A program made the position numbers and the translations under genes. Positions 36,357 through 45,955 of a stretch of 64,000 nt of DNA are shown here, one piece after another. Location of the stretch: IMG/VR virus record IMGVR_UViG_3300042397_003635; one strand, given 5' to 3'. The notes beneath the pieces were generated by a model that saw only the letters and a program-made list of their open reading frames with translations, ran no database searches and was not told the DNA's origin. This stretch comes from a virus. Taxonomy: Duplodnaviria > Caudoviricetes. Position 1 is the stretch's first letter. The number at the start of each line of letters is the position of its first letter.

Positions 36357-37321
36357 TGTGGAATTAAGGTTTGGGCAACTGATACAGATTTAGTCATTGC
36401 AAAAATTGTTTTAGCAATTGGTTTTGCACAGCTAACAGTTTTTATTTTTTCATGAAAATTTGAGGGAATTGACGTACTAATAACTAGAGAATCTAGAAAT
36501 TGGCCGTTTTCACCGCTTAGTCTTTCATAAGCTGGGCCAGATAAAACGCCGTGCGTACAAATAGCATGGACCCGTAATGCTCCAGCTTCCTTTAGTAGCT
36601 TTGCTGCTAGCAAAAGAGTTCCACCAGTATCGACCATATCATCAATTAAGATTACACATCGACCTTTAACGTCTCCAATAAGATCCATTCGCTCAATTGA
36701 ATTTGGCTTGTCTCTTAATTTAGATAGCATTGAAAAAGTCGCTGTTTCATGGGTCTTAACAAAGTGTTGATAAAAACGGTTGGCTCGCTTTACTCCACCT
36801 GCATCAGGGGAACATACTGTCCAATCACAAGTTGGATCCAATTCTTTTACATAATCAGTAAATGCAACCCATCCAGGAATGTGTTCAACTGGCATATCAA
36901 AGAAACCTTGAATTTGTTCTGAATGTAGATCAAATAAGATGGCTTTGTCTGCTCCAGCATTTTTAATAAGATCAGCTATTGCTTTTCCACCAATTGAACC
37001 GCGATGTCCCTCTCTACGATCTTGTCTTGAATATGCAAGGTACGGTAGAATAACAATAATTTCAGATGCGGATGCACGTTTAGCTGCATCAATTGAAAGT
37101 ACTAATTTAATTATTGCATCTGAACTTGTTAGGGTTGTAACAAGAAAAACAGATTTATCTCTAATTGATTCTAAGAATTGAGGACTAAACTCTCCATCAG
37201 AGAATTTATCAATTTTAAATTTACCTACTCTAATATCAGAATCAGTTAATTCTGAAAGGTGCTCGCAAATTTCATTTGCAATTGGACGGCCGTCGATTGA
37301 GAAAATCTTGTATTGTTTCAT
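36353..37321 (-). CDS. prs: Ribose-phosphate pyrophosphokinase
   Basis: FSDGE, PYLAYSRQDR, DLHSEQIQGFF, CSPDAGG, LIDDMVDTGGT, THGVLSG; start MKQYKI. Confidence 0.93.
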   Translation of the reverse strand: MKQYKIFSIDGRPIANEICEHLSELTDSDIRVGKFKIDKFSDGEFSPQFLESIRDKSVFLVTTLTSSDAIIKLVLSIDAAKRASASEIIVILPYLAYSRQDRREGHRGSIGGKAIADLIKNAGADKAILFDLHSEQIQGFFDMPVEHIPGWVAFTDYVKELDPTCDWTVCSPDAGGVKRANRFYQHFVKTHETATFSMLSKLRDKPNSIERMDLIGDVKGRCVILIDDMVDTGGTLLLAAKLLKEAGALRVHAICTHGVLSGPAYERLSGENGQFLDSLVISTSIPSNFHEKIKTVSCAKPIAKTIFAMTKSVSVAQTLIPQ

Positions 37322-37322
37322 T

Positions 37323-37628
37323 TTAGTTTTGTTCTTTAACAAAGGTTCCGTTAACCATTTTACCTGTACGCTTGGCAATAACATCATAAGATCCGTTAAT
37401 GCACTCTTCAATTGTATAACCCTTTAATTTGGCTAGGTTTGTAAGTACCACGACGCAATCGCCAATTGCATCTTTAAATTCAGCTTCATCCTGTTTTAAG
37501 AGTGATTGAGCAAGCTCTCCCATCTCTTCGCATAATTTAATGTACTGTGTTTTAGGATCGCCTTTAGCGTAGATTCCTTTGTTTTCTGCCCAATCTCTAA
37601 TGGATTGGAATTCATTTGTTAATTGCAT
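37323..37628 (-). CDS. mazG: MazG-like nucleotide pyrophosphohydrolase
   Basis: KLCEEMGEL...DAIGD. Confidence 0.85.
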   Translation of the reverse strand: MQLTNEFQSIRDWAENKGIYAKGDPKTQYIKLCEEMGELAQSLLKQDEAEFKDAIGDCVVVLTNLAKLKGYTIEECINGSYDVIAKRTGKMVNGTFVKEQN

Positions 37629-38353
37629 TATGATACGTATTTAGAAAAATTAATTGCTGCTTGTTTGGCCTCATTATTTGTTTCAATAACCTTTGGCCCT
37701 CTTTGTTTAAATGGTATTACATGGGAAATTCCATCTTCAATAATCCACTTTCTATCTAAATCATCGGCTGCTGAGTCTAAACTTTTTTGATAAGCAATTG
37801 AAAATTTAGTCCACTCTTCTTCAGTATAATCAGATTCAACTGGTTTATATTTTTCATCAAATAGTCTATCGCCCTTTTTAAATGCAGCCTTTGCTCTATG
37901 TGACCAACCGATCCATGCATTATCAGTTAGGGAATATCCTGCACTTGGAAAGTCATCACATATAACAACGGATCTTTCAAGCATCCAATAGCAATCATCT
38001 AGTGTTCCAACTAATTTTTTACTAATTGGAGTAACCACTGCATCGGGTAAAGACCAATCGTCATAGGTATTTTGTGAAGCATCTTTAACTTGATAATTGC
38101 CAACCTTAACTCCACACGTTGATTCAAAAATCTTAATTAGTTTTTGATCCTTTCGGAAACCTTTTACTGTGTCTCTCTTTTTTAGTCTGCTCACAAAGTA
38201 GAGACCTAAAAATTTAAAGTGTACATTATTTAAGATATCTCCGCCTGATCGGTAATATGGAGATTCCTTTGAGATTGAAAAATAAAGTTTGCCTACATAG
38301 AAACTTCTTTTCTTAATTCTGAATAGATCGCAAAACCATTGTCCAAATTTCAT
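37628..38353 (-). CDS. Hypothetical protein
   Basis: 241-aa ORF, stop/start overlap. Confidence 0.7.
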   Translation of the reverse strand: MKFGQWFCDLFRIKKRSFYVGKLYFSISKESPYYRSGGDILNNVHFKFLGLYFVSRLKKRDTVKGFRKDQKLIKIFESTCGVKVGNYQVKDASQNTYDDWSLPDAVVTPISKKLVGTLDDCYWMLERSVVICDDFPSAGYSLTDNAWIGWSHRAKAAFKKGDRLFDEKYKPVESDYTEEEWTKFSIAYQKSLDSAADDLDRKWIIEDGISHVIPFKQRGPKVIETNNEAKQAAINFSKYVS

Positions 38354-38408
38354 ATAAGTATAATTAGTATGTTAAGCTATTATACTAAAAAAATAAAATT
38401 AGATTAAC

Positions 38409-38666
38409 TTAATCTTGAGGAATTTCTAATACCCACTTAGAGTCTCCGAAATTATATGAACCGGAGTTTGGTTCGGCTATAATTGACTCGCCTTTTTCTG
38501 GGGTAAGTTTAAGCCTTCTGCTAACACCATCCATTGTAATGTCAGCAGAAGGAATAATATTATAAGGGTTTGTATTGTTGGGAGATGAGTCTAGATATCC
38601 ATCATGATTTACATGATCGGCCTGCTTTAATTTAGCCCACTCATCATATGATAATACCTTTGGCAT
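38409..38666 (-). CDS. Hypothetical protein with CTS-like N-terminus
   Basis: MPKVLSYDEW. Confidence 0.65.
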   Translation of the reverse strand: MPKVLSYDEWAKLKQADHVNHDGYLDSSPNNTNPYNIIPSADITMDGVSRRLKLTPEKGESIIAEPNSGSYNFGDSKWVLEIPQD

Positions 38667-38669
38667 AGA

Positions 38670-39575
38670 TTAACGACGACCGTATCTATTTAACATGCTC
38701 CAGTTTTTAGGTCCACCATTAACCGTGCAAATCTTAATAGATTTGTGGCCGCTAGATTCTGCACAAACTGAAAGTTCTCTGCTTGTAATTCCACACTGAT
38801 CTGCAATGTCAAATGCAACATGAGCAAGTTCGTCTGGATAATTAAATCCTAATTCAACTATAACATCGTCATTTGTTAAAGTAATCTTTGCACCTTTACC
38901 GCTTGCTCTAAATTCATCGCAGAATTTTTCGAATTTTACGTCTAGCCCTAAATCATTTTCAAATTCAATATTTTCTTCAACTGATTTAGATTTTGAATCT
39001 CCGCTAAAGAATGGTTCAACATCCTGTTTTTCATTCTTTTTAGGGTTTTCTTTAGGATTAGTAAAGTGATCCTTTGGATATGTTGTAACGTTTAAAACAA
39101 ATTTCTTGTTTTTAAAATCTACTTCGTAAGATTTTGAAATTTTGGATCCATCTTCTTGTTCTTCCCATCCACCAACTGAAGCGCCTTTGGGCTTTTCTCC
39201 ATTTAGTGTATCAAGACCAACTCCACCTTTAGAATATTGAAGTGGCTTGTATTCAGATAATTTTTCAATTGCCTCAGCATCAGACTTAGCTTTAACTAAC
39301 ATCCAATCCTGATCAAAGTCTCCATAACTAGGAACCCAACCATACCAAGTAAAGTAGTAATCTTGTTCTTCAGCTTGAGGCTCGTCAGCTTTAACTTCTT
39401 CCTTAGGCTCATCTTCCATTTTAGGCTCTTCTGCTGCAGGTTCTGCTTCTGGAGTAGGAACTTCTGGTGTAGCAGGTTCTGTTTCTGGTGCAGGAGCAGG
39501 AGGAGTTGGAACCGCTGGAGTTTCGTTTTCTTCTTCGTTTACTGTAAATTTATCGAAGTTTGTTACAATTGACAT
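38670..39575 (-). CDS. Acidic Pro/Glu-rich protein with CTS-like N-terminus
   Basis: MSIVTNFDKFTVNEE; GATAAATA at 39598-39605. Confidence 0.75.
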   Translation of the reverse strand: MSIVTNFDKFTVNEEENETPAVPTPPAPAPETEPATPEVPTPEAEPAAEEPKMEDEPKEEVKADEPQAEEQDYYFTWYGWVPSYGDFDQDWMLVKAKSDAEAIEKLSEYKPLQYSKGGVGLDTLNGEKPKGASVGGWEEQEDGSKISKSYEVDFKNKKFVLNVTTYPKDHFTNPKENPKKNEKQDVEPFFSGDSKSKSVEENIEFENDLGLDVKFEKFCDEFRASGKGAKITLTNDDVIVELGFNYPDELAHVAFDIADQCGITSRELSVCAESSGHKSIKICTVNGGPKNWSMLNRYGRR

Positions 39576-39596
39576 AATTTTAGATCTTTTTCAGAA

Positions 39597-40004
39597 TTAT
39601 TTATCTTCCGCTGTTATATCATAATGGAATCCATTACGTACCTTATCTGAAATAGGGATAGGGCTTCCATCCTCGTCAATTCTAACAAATGTAATATGAG
39701 TAGACAGAACAATATCTTCTTCGTGAGTGTAGACATTAAATGATCTTGCCTCCATATAAAGAGTAATGCTAGTATTTCCGACTTTAGTTATGGCACCATA
39801 GATTTTAAGTAGACTGCCTTCCTTTGCCGGCTTTTTAAAAATACACTCGTCAATTTTAACAGTAACCATTCTGCGATTATGTGCATATTCCATTGCATAA
39901 CCAGCGGCAGCTGCATCAATCCAAGCTAGGAGCTTACCTCCAAATAAGTTACCATGAAATCCTAGATCAGATTTCTTGATAGGGTGTTGATTCAAAAACT
40001 TCAC
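39597..40004 (-). CDS. Acyl-CoA thioesterase (HotDog, YciA-like)
   Basis: GNLFGGKLLAWID..A, VTVKID..IFKKP, VGNTS, FVRIDEDG. Confidence 0.85.
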   Translation of the reverse strand: MKFLNQHPIKKSDLGFHGNLFGGKLLAWIDAAAAGYAMEYAHNRRMVTVKIDECIFKKPAKEGSLLKIYGAITKVGNTSITLYMEARSFNVYTHEEDIVLSTHITFVRIDEDGSPIPISDKVRNGFHYDITAEDK

Positions 40005-40191
40005 GTTTGTATATTGTTTTAAATTTTACCGGAAGATTTTTATAAAGATCCTCCTTTAACTTTTGAAATGCCACATCTAAAATATCAATACTAGAATTTT
40101 CTACCATTTCTTCAGTTAATCTAACTTGAACTTGAACAGTATCATCGGGAGTTGCGCCCCGTTTTCTAATTAGTATTTCGTAATCGTGCAT
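39967..40191 (-). CDS. Hypothetical protein
   Basis: Overlaps neighbours in operon. Confidence 0.55.
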   Translation of the reverse strand: MHDYEILIRKRGATPDDTVQVQVRLTEEMVENSSIDILDVAFQKLKEDLYKNLPVKFKTIYKREVFESTPYQEI

Positions 40192-41543
40192 TATTTAGTT
40201 TTTAGATTCTTCTTTAATTCTGCAAGATCAGTTCTGTACATATCGATTGGTGCAGTTTTCTTTACTGTTACCAATTCTGCAGATTTCTCTTTAACTTCAT
40301 TTACTAACTGTTCGTATTTCTCTTTGGTTAAAGTTTGAATTTGCATGCTCAACAAATAGTCAAAGCTAGAATTAATGCGGTCAAATTTTAGTTCTTCTAA
40401 TTCGGTAACAATTTCTTGTTTTGGACGATTACCTAATTTAAGTTTACCATCAATAATCATCTTAATAAATCTAGCTCTATTTGAAAGATACACTAAATCC
40501 TTTTCTAAACTATCGATTAAGTAGGCTTTACGTTTATCATAATAGGTTAACCGGAATTTTACAAAGTATTCTACTAATTCAGGTAAAGCTGTAAATATTT
40601 TAAGCTTACCTCTTTCATCTAGACAAGTTAAGTTTTCGCTTTCTGTTTCGACTAATTTAAGAGTAGATTCTAATCTATCCTTTGCAATTAATTCTGAAAG
40701 TTTTGCTCGTTGAAACTTAAGAGTATACGAAATTCCATTTGAACAATTATCTTCGTATGAAAAGATAATTCCTTTTTCTTGCAGAGAATTTAAATGGTTC
40801 TCATATTTTTGAAATGTCATTGATGGAGGCAATTCTGTAATTTCAACAGTTGTAGTATTAACTACTCGAGCAACCCCTTTAAATTGATATTGGTTATCTC
40901 CAATTCTAGAGATTGGCCCATTGAAATCCTTAAACCATGGTAAAAGTTCTCCGATTTTTTTACCATCTAAGACTTTGGTACAAGCGTCGATTAATTGAAC
41001 CGGATTCCGGTTTAAGATATTTGTTGCAAATCCTACAGCAATACCCGAACTTCCATTTAGGAGAACTGTTGGAATAATTGGTAGGAAATATTTAGGTTCG
41101 ATTTCATTACCCTCTTCGATTTGAGAAGTTAAGAGCTCAAAATCTTTATAGAGTAGTCTGAAATTTGGAGTTAGCTTAGTTGAAATATAACGAGGGGCTC
41201 CAGCTTCTGGAGAACGTAGCGATCCAAACTGACCGACCTCATCTAATAGAGGAAGCGAGTTCTTAAATGATTGAGCCATTCCAATAATAGCTCCATTAAG
41301 GGATCCATCTCCATGATGATAGTGAGCATCTGCTGCAATTCTACCACCCAATTGAAATATCTTTAGAGGTTTATCATTAGAACCTTTCCAAACTTTATCT
41401 GCAATAAAAATAATTTTACGCTGAGTTGGTTTAAATCCATCTATTACAGAAGGAATTGCCCGATTCTCAAGAGTATACATACCATACATTGCATAGTCTT
41501 GATCTAAATATTCGGTTACTGTTTTATTATTTACTTTTATCAT
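40191..41543 (-). CDS. gp52: Type IIA topoisomerase, GyrA/ParC-like subunit (T4 gp52-like)
   Basis: RAIPSVIDGFKPTQRK, YHHGDGSL, AGAPRY (catalytic Tyr), LLNGSSGIAVGFAT; no C-terminal pinwheel. Confidence 0.93.
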   Translation of the reverse strand: MIKVNNKTVTEYLDQDYAMYGMYTLENRAIPSVIDGFKPTQRKIIFIADKVWKGSNDKPLKIFQLGGRIAADAHYHHGDGSLNGAIIGMAQSFKNSLPLLDEVGQFGSLRSPEAGAPRYISTKLTPNFRLLYKDFELLTSQIEEGNEIEPKYFLPIIPTVLLNGSSGIAVGFATNILNRNPVQLIDACTKVLDGKKIGELLPWFKDFNGPISRIGDNQYQFKGVARVVNTTTVEITELPPSMTFQKYENHLNSLQEKGIIFSYEDNCSNGISYTLKFQRAKLSELIAKDRLESTLKLVETESENLTCLDERGKLKIFTALPELVEYFVKFRLTYYDKRKAYLIDSLEKDLVYLSNRARFIKMIIDGKLKLGNRPKQEIVTELEELKFDRINSSFDYLLSMQIQTLTKEKYEQLVNEVKEKSAELVTVKKTAPIDMYRTDLAELKKNLKTK

Positions 41544-42666
41544 AGCTTAGTATTAATTTACCAACATAGAATACAATTGAACCCAAAATTACGCCTATTG
41601 CTAAATTATGTGTAACCACCGAAACTATAATTGTAGAAACGGTTGTTGTAAAATATAAAGGATTCTTATTAGTTAAACTGCGCCAATCTCCAGTTTCATA
41701 TACAACAATTAGCATAACTCCAATTAGGCCAGCTAACGGTAACTGTTCTATATAGTTACCAAACACTAGAATTATTGAAATTAGCCCAACTGCGGCAACT
41801 ATTCCAGATAGTCTGTGCTTTGCGCCAGCTCCAACATTAAGATTAGTTTGACCGACTAATACGCAACCGCCCATTGCTCCAAACAGGCCGCTTATAATAT
41901 TGCCTAGACCTTGGGCAAATGTTTCTTTGGCTTTGCTGCCAGTTTCATTTAACTTATAAGATACTGAATCGACTGTCAATAGAGATTCAGTTAGACCTGA
42001 TATTGCCATACCAAAAGAATAGGGCAACACAGTTAAGATTGAAGCTATTGTTATTTCGGGTAGGTTAAAACTTGGCAAGCTTGCCGTAACTGGCGAAAGA
42101 TCACCAACTGTTGATAGCCCAAGTGGTATGCCAATAATACAGCCAGCTGCGATAGCAATAAGGGCTGGTGGAAAACTGAATTTCTTAGCTGACCACCACA
42201 TTACTCCTGAACAGACTGCAACTGTTACTAACGTTAAACTTAGTGTTGCTGTACTGGGCAAGCCAACTGACAAATACCTGAATTGACTAGTAAGAATCAT
42301 AATAGCTAGTGCAACCAAAAACCCTGAAATTGCGGATGGCGGAATTTTGCCAAATATTTTCCAAGCAGATGTTGACCAAATTATAAGTTGAATAAGTCCT
42401 GCTACAATAACTCCAAGGAAAAGCAGATCCATTCCAGATTTTGCAACAAGACCTGCCATAATTACAGCAGTTGCACCAGTTGCACCAGAAATAAGACCAG
42501 GTCGACCACCAAAAATTGCAGTAGATAACGCCATAAATACAGCAGCCCATAATCCAACTTGAGGAGCTGCTCCAGCCAATAGCGCAAACGAAATTGCTTC
42601 AGGCACAAGTGCAACGGCAATAGTTAGACCCGATAAAATTTCGGTTCGTGTTTGAGATAATTGCAT
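41527..42666 (-). CDS. sulP: SulP/SLC26-family anion transporter (no STAS domain)
   Basis: EILSGLTIAVALVPEAISF, GGRPGLISGATGA, ESLLT, AQGLGNIISGLFG.MGGC. Confidence 0.88.
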   Translation of the reverse strand: MQLSQTRTEILSGLTIAVALVPEAISFALLAGAAPQVGLWAAVFMALSTAIFGGRPGLISGATGATAVIMAGLVAKSGMDLLFLGVIVAGLIQLIIWSTSAWKIFGKIPPSAISGFLVALAIMILTSQFRYLSVGLPSTATLSLTLVTVAVCSGVMWWSAKKFSFPPALIAIAAGCIIGIPLGLSTVGDLSPVTASLPSFNLPEITIASILTVLPYSFGMAISGLTESLLTVDSVSYKLNETGSKAKETFAQGLGNIISGLFGAMGGCVLVGQTNLNVGAGAKHRLSGIVAAVGLISIILVFGNYIEQLPLAGLIGVMLIVVYETGDWRSLTNKNPLYFTTTVSTIIVSVVTHNLAIGVILGSIVFYVGKLILSYDKSK

Positions 42667-44501
42667 TAAAATGAAAGTTTAAGTAGTTTCTCTTTTCTTG
42701 GTGCAGAGTCGTTACCAAACCAATCTTCAAGAGACTGCTTGCTCTGCTTATCATTTGTTAACTGAACTAGATTTGGATTATGAATAATCTCACGATACTC
42801 ATCATCTTCTAGAGCGGCAAGACCTTTTTTGTATTCAACATTCCAGCCAGTCATTTTAGTTTTAGCCTCCCATTTTAAGTAATCTTCTGCAGTATAGAAT
42901 GGAACAATATCCTTTCCTTTTTTTGCAACAACTAACGGAGTCATAACTTTAAAAATCTTTCCTTCGTTAACTAATTCTGGCCAATACTTATTAAAAAAGT
43001 TAATTAGCAATGCAGCAATAGAATCTCCATCTGGATCTGCATCAGTATAGATTAAGATTTTATTATATCGCATGTCCTTAGGATCTTCGCCAAGTTTAAT
43101 TCCTAGCGATGCCATTAATTGAACGACTTCGTCATTTTTAATAACATCACTGTTTTTCATTTCGCTTACATTAAGGAATTTACCTTTAAGAGGAAATGCG
43201 CCAAAAACTTGAGGATCTCTAAACTTACGAACAGCCGAAAGTGCAGACATACCTTCAAATATTCCAAGCGAACATTTATTGCGGTCTTTACCTTTAGCAT
43301 CAATTAATTTAAGAACTTTAGTTGTGGCTAAAGATTTATTTAGTTTACGTAATTCAGCACGCTCTTCAGCTTGTTTCTTTTGTTGAATCCAATCCAATAA
43401 AGACTCAACTACTTCTGATGTAAAAACCGCCTTTGCAAATTTTTCAGAAACTGTGTGAGCCGTTCCAAATTCTTTGGGTTCGGTAATTAGCTTCTCTTTA
43501 GTTTGTGAAGAGAACGCTGGATTAATTACTGTACAGTTAATGAATAAGAAAACATGATTACGGATTTCCGAAGGTTTAACTTCAACCTTATGCTTCTTTT
43601 TAATTAAGACTCTTAAGTCTTCAATTACCTGATTTAGGATATAGTTCTCATGGGTTCCACCATCTTTAGTTTCAATTGAGTTAACAAAAGAAATAGATTG
43701 ATACCCATCTTTTGAATGACCTACTGCAAATTCCCAATGCTCGCTCTTTTCCCAAATAGGATTTTGAACATAGAGCTCAACATATTCTTTAAAGTTTTTA
43801 AATCTAAATTTCTCTCCATTAAATTCTAACTTAAGACCAGGATTTGCTGCTGCAATATCAATAACACGTTTACGCATCATTTTAATATGAGCTTCATCAA
43901 GAGCCTGCATTTCAAATCGGCTAAGGTCTGGTTCATATGAAATTTCGGTAAAACCTTGATTTGACGCAGATGTTTTAGCATCGCCTTTAACTGACATGTT
44001 TTTAGTAAAGAGCTGAACATATCTCTTTTTACCATCAGCCGTTTCAATCTTAAACTTATTAGAAAAGATATTTACTAGTGATGCACCAACACCATTGGTT
44101 CCAGCAACAGTTCTGCCTTCTTCATCATTAAAATTTGAACCGGCTCTAAGATTAGAGAAGATTAATTCGGGAATCCAAACTTTATGTTCTGGATGCTGAA
44201 GAACTGGAATACCTCCATTGTCCCAAACTGAAATAGAGTTGTCTTTAACTACAACTTTAATTTGGTTAATTTTGCCTGAGCGTTTATGCTCATCGACTGA
44301 GTTTGAAATAATCTCATCGAATAACTTTAGAAAGCCGGGATTGTAAGTCAATTCCTCTTTCTCATACATACCATCTTTTAAGATCCATTCCTGACTTGTA
44401 TGTGGTTTAGTTGAACCAATATACATGCCAGGTCTTTTTAGGACGTGCTCGATCTCATCAAGCAGCTGGTATTTCTTACTAATTTCTTTTGTTGATGCCA
44501 T
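42666..44501 (-). CDS. gp39: Type IIA topoisomerase, GyrB/ParE-like subunit (T4 gp39+gp60-like)
   Basis: HVLKRPGMYIG, FDEIISNSVDE, GTNGVGA, EGMSA, PLKGKFLNV, DADPDG. Confidence 0.93.
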   Translation of the reverse strand: MASTKEISKKYQLLDEIEHVLKRPGMYIGSTKPHTSQEWILKDGMYEKEELTYNPGFLKLFDEIISNSVDEHKRSGKINQIKVVVKDNSISVWDNGGIPVLQHPEHKVWIPELIFSNLRAGSNFNDEEGRTVAGTNGVGASLVNIFSNKFKIETADGKKRYVQLFTKNMSVKGDAKTSASNQGFTEISYEPDLSRFEMQALDEAHIKMMRKRVIDIAAANPGLKLEFNGEKFRFKNFKEYVELYVQNPIWEKSEHWEFAVGHSKDGYQSISFVNSIETKDGGTHENYILNQVIEDLRVLIKKKHKVEVKPSEIRNHVFLFINCTVINPAFSSQTKEKLITEPKEFGTAHTVSEKFAKAVFTSEVVESLLDWIQQKKQAEERAELRKLNKSLATTKVLKLIDAKGKDRNKCSLGIFEGMSALSAVRKFRDPQVFGAFPLKGKFLNVSEMKNSDVIKNDEVVQLMASLGIKLGEDPKDMRYNKILIYTDADPDGDSIAALLINFFNKYWPELVNEGKIFKVMTPLVVAKKGKDIVPFYTAEDYLKWEAKTKMTGWNVEYKKGLAALEDDEYREIIHNPNLVQLTNDKQSKQSLEDWFGNDSAPRKEKLLKLSF

Positions 44502-44697
44502 CTATTAGACGTAATTTAAATTAATATACCCAATTGATTTGGGTTTGGGCTAAGCAATTAGCCAGGCAATGAGTTTACCCCAAATAAAGCCACCGATAAG
44601 TAGGACGATTATCCAAGTAATAAGGAAGGTCCAGTTGTATTTTTTCCATTTCATGGAATATTATACTGGAACAATCTCTGAGAGTTTTAGTCAAAAA

Positions 44698-44720
44698 AAT
44701 AGGGAGTCTGGGCTCCCTAT
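44698..44720 (-). terminator. Intrinsic terminator
   Basis: AATAGGGAG-TCTGG-GCTCCCTATT with A tract on + strand. Confidence 0.65.
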
Positions 44721-44740
44721 TTAAATTATAATAGATTAGG

Positions 44741-45949
44741 TTAAAATCCCTTTACTGGAAATCTGGTCCAGCCATTAGACCAACTAGGCTTTGCAAGCGC
44801 ATCCATTTCTGATTTAGTATATGATTTTTCTACAGTACCTTGGCTTAGGGCTTTGGCTTTAACTGAGTCAGAAGTCATAATTGAAGTTGCCTTACTAATA
44901 AAATTTAAAGAAGGATCAAATGCCTGAACTTCATTATTTAAAAATATGCTTGTTCCATTTTTGTAGTGTTGAACTGTTTCAGTTGATTCCATACTAAAAC
45001 TACCTTTTTGATAACCCAATACTTTAGAGTTAGTCATTGTAAATTGAGTGGCTCTTCTAAATCTTAAACCTAGATTATGATTGGCTAGTGATCCAGCATC
45101 AAATGGCCCAATTAAAATTACATTATCTAACTTTGGATGGGTAGTTGGAATTGCAGCAGAACCTGTTCCATCATTATCGCACTCAACTCCATTTCCAGCA
45201 TCGCCATTATCTACAAATTGTGGATCTCTTTTTGATGCTGAATATGAAATAGTACCTCTATATCCAAAATCGAAATCGAAATCATCGTCAGCTGTTGCAA
45301 ATGCATATAGGTTTTTTGCATTAACAGTTCCGCCGAAAAATTCAAAGGCATCGTCATTTGCATAGACCGTTTGAATATTCTCAAGGATTGTTCCACTACC
45401 AACTCCACCTAAGGTTAAGGCATTAATTTCTGAATTTGGCATTGCTGCAATACCAGCATATTCAATTCTTACATATTTTAAAATTCCAGAATTATCATAA
45501 TCATCAGATCCACCGAATGGTCTACCAATACCGCCTTCAATTGTTGGTTCAGATGTTCTATTTGTGGTGGCTTTACCTAATATTACAATACCACCCCAAT
45601 CGCCTGGAGAACGTTGACCAATTGGTTGACCGGATGTAAATACAATTGGTTTGGTTGAAGTACCCTCAGCAATAATTTTTCCGCCTCTTTCAATACAAAG
45701 AGCTCCCTTTTCAATAAGATCGCTTTTTATAATTGTGCCAGGTTGAATAATTAATTTAGCGCCATTTACTACATAAACATATCCTTTAAGAATCCATTCT
45801 CTATCTGAAGTAAGAGTTACGGTTTGAGTTATGTTTCCTGTAATAGTATTGGTAGATGGAACTCCAATTGGATCGTCTGCTCCGCCTAAATCTTTTTCGC
45901 AGCTCATTAAGGTTAGAGCAGAAATTAAAGTTAATAAAATCTTTTTCAT
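44741..45949 (-). CDS. Lipoprotein with parallel beta-helix repeats, partner of TonB-dependent receptor
   Basis: LTLMS-C lipobox; GDWGGIVILG, DNSGILKYVRIEYAG, NALTLGGVG, DDAFEFFGG, DDDFDFD. Confidence 0.8.
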   Translation of the reverse strand: MKKILLTLISALTLMSCEKDLGGADDPIGVPSTNTITGNITQTVTLTSDREWILKGYVYVVNGAKLIIQPGTIIKSDLIEKGALCIERGGKIIAEGTSTKPIVFTSGQPIGQRSPGDWGGIVILGKATTNRTSEPTIEGGIGRPFGGSDDYDNSGILKYVRIEYAGIAAMPNSEINALTLGGVGSGTILENIQTVYANDDAFEFFGGTVNAKNLYAFATADDDFDFDFGYRGTISYSASKRDPQFVDNGDAGNGVECDNDGTGSAAIPTTHPKLDNVILIGPFDAGSLANHNLGLRFRRATQFTMTNSKVLGYQKGSFSMESTETVQHYKNGTSIFLNNEVQAFDPSLNFISKATSIMTSDSVKAKALSQGTVEKSYTKSEMDALAKPSWSNGWTRFPVKGF

Positions 45950-45955
45950 AGTTTT

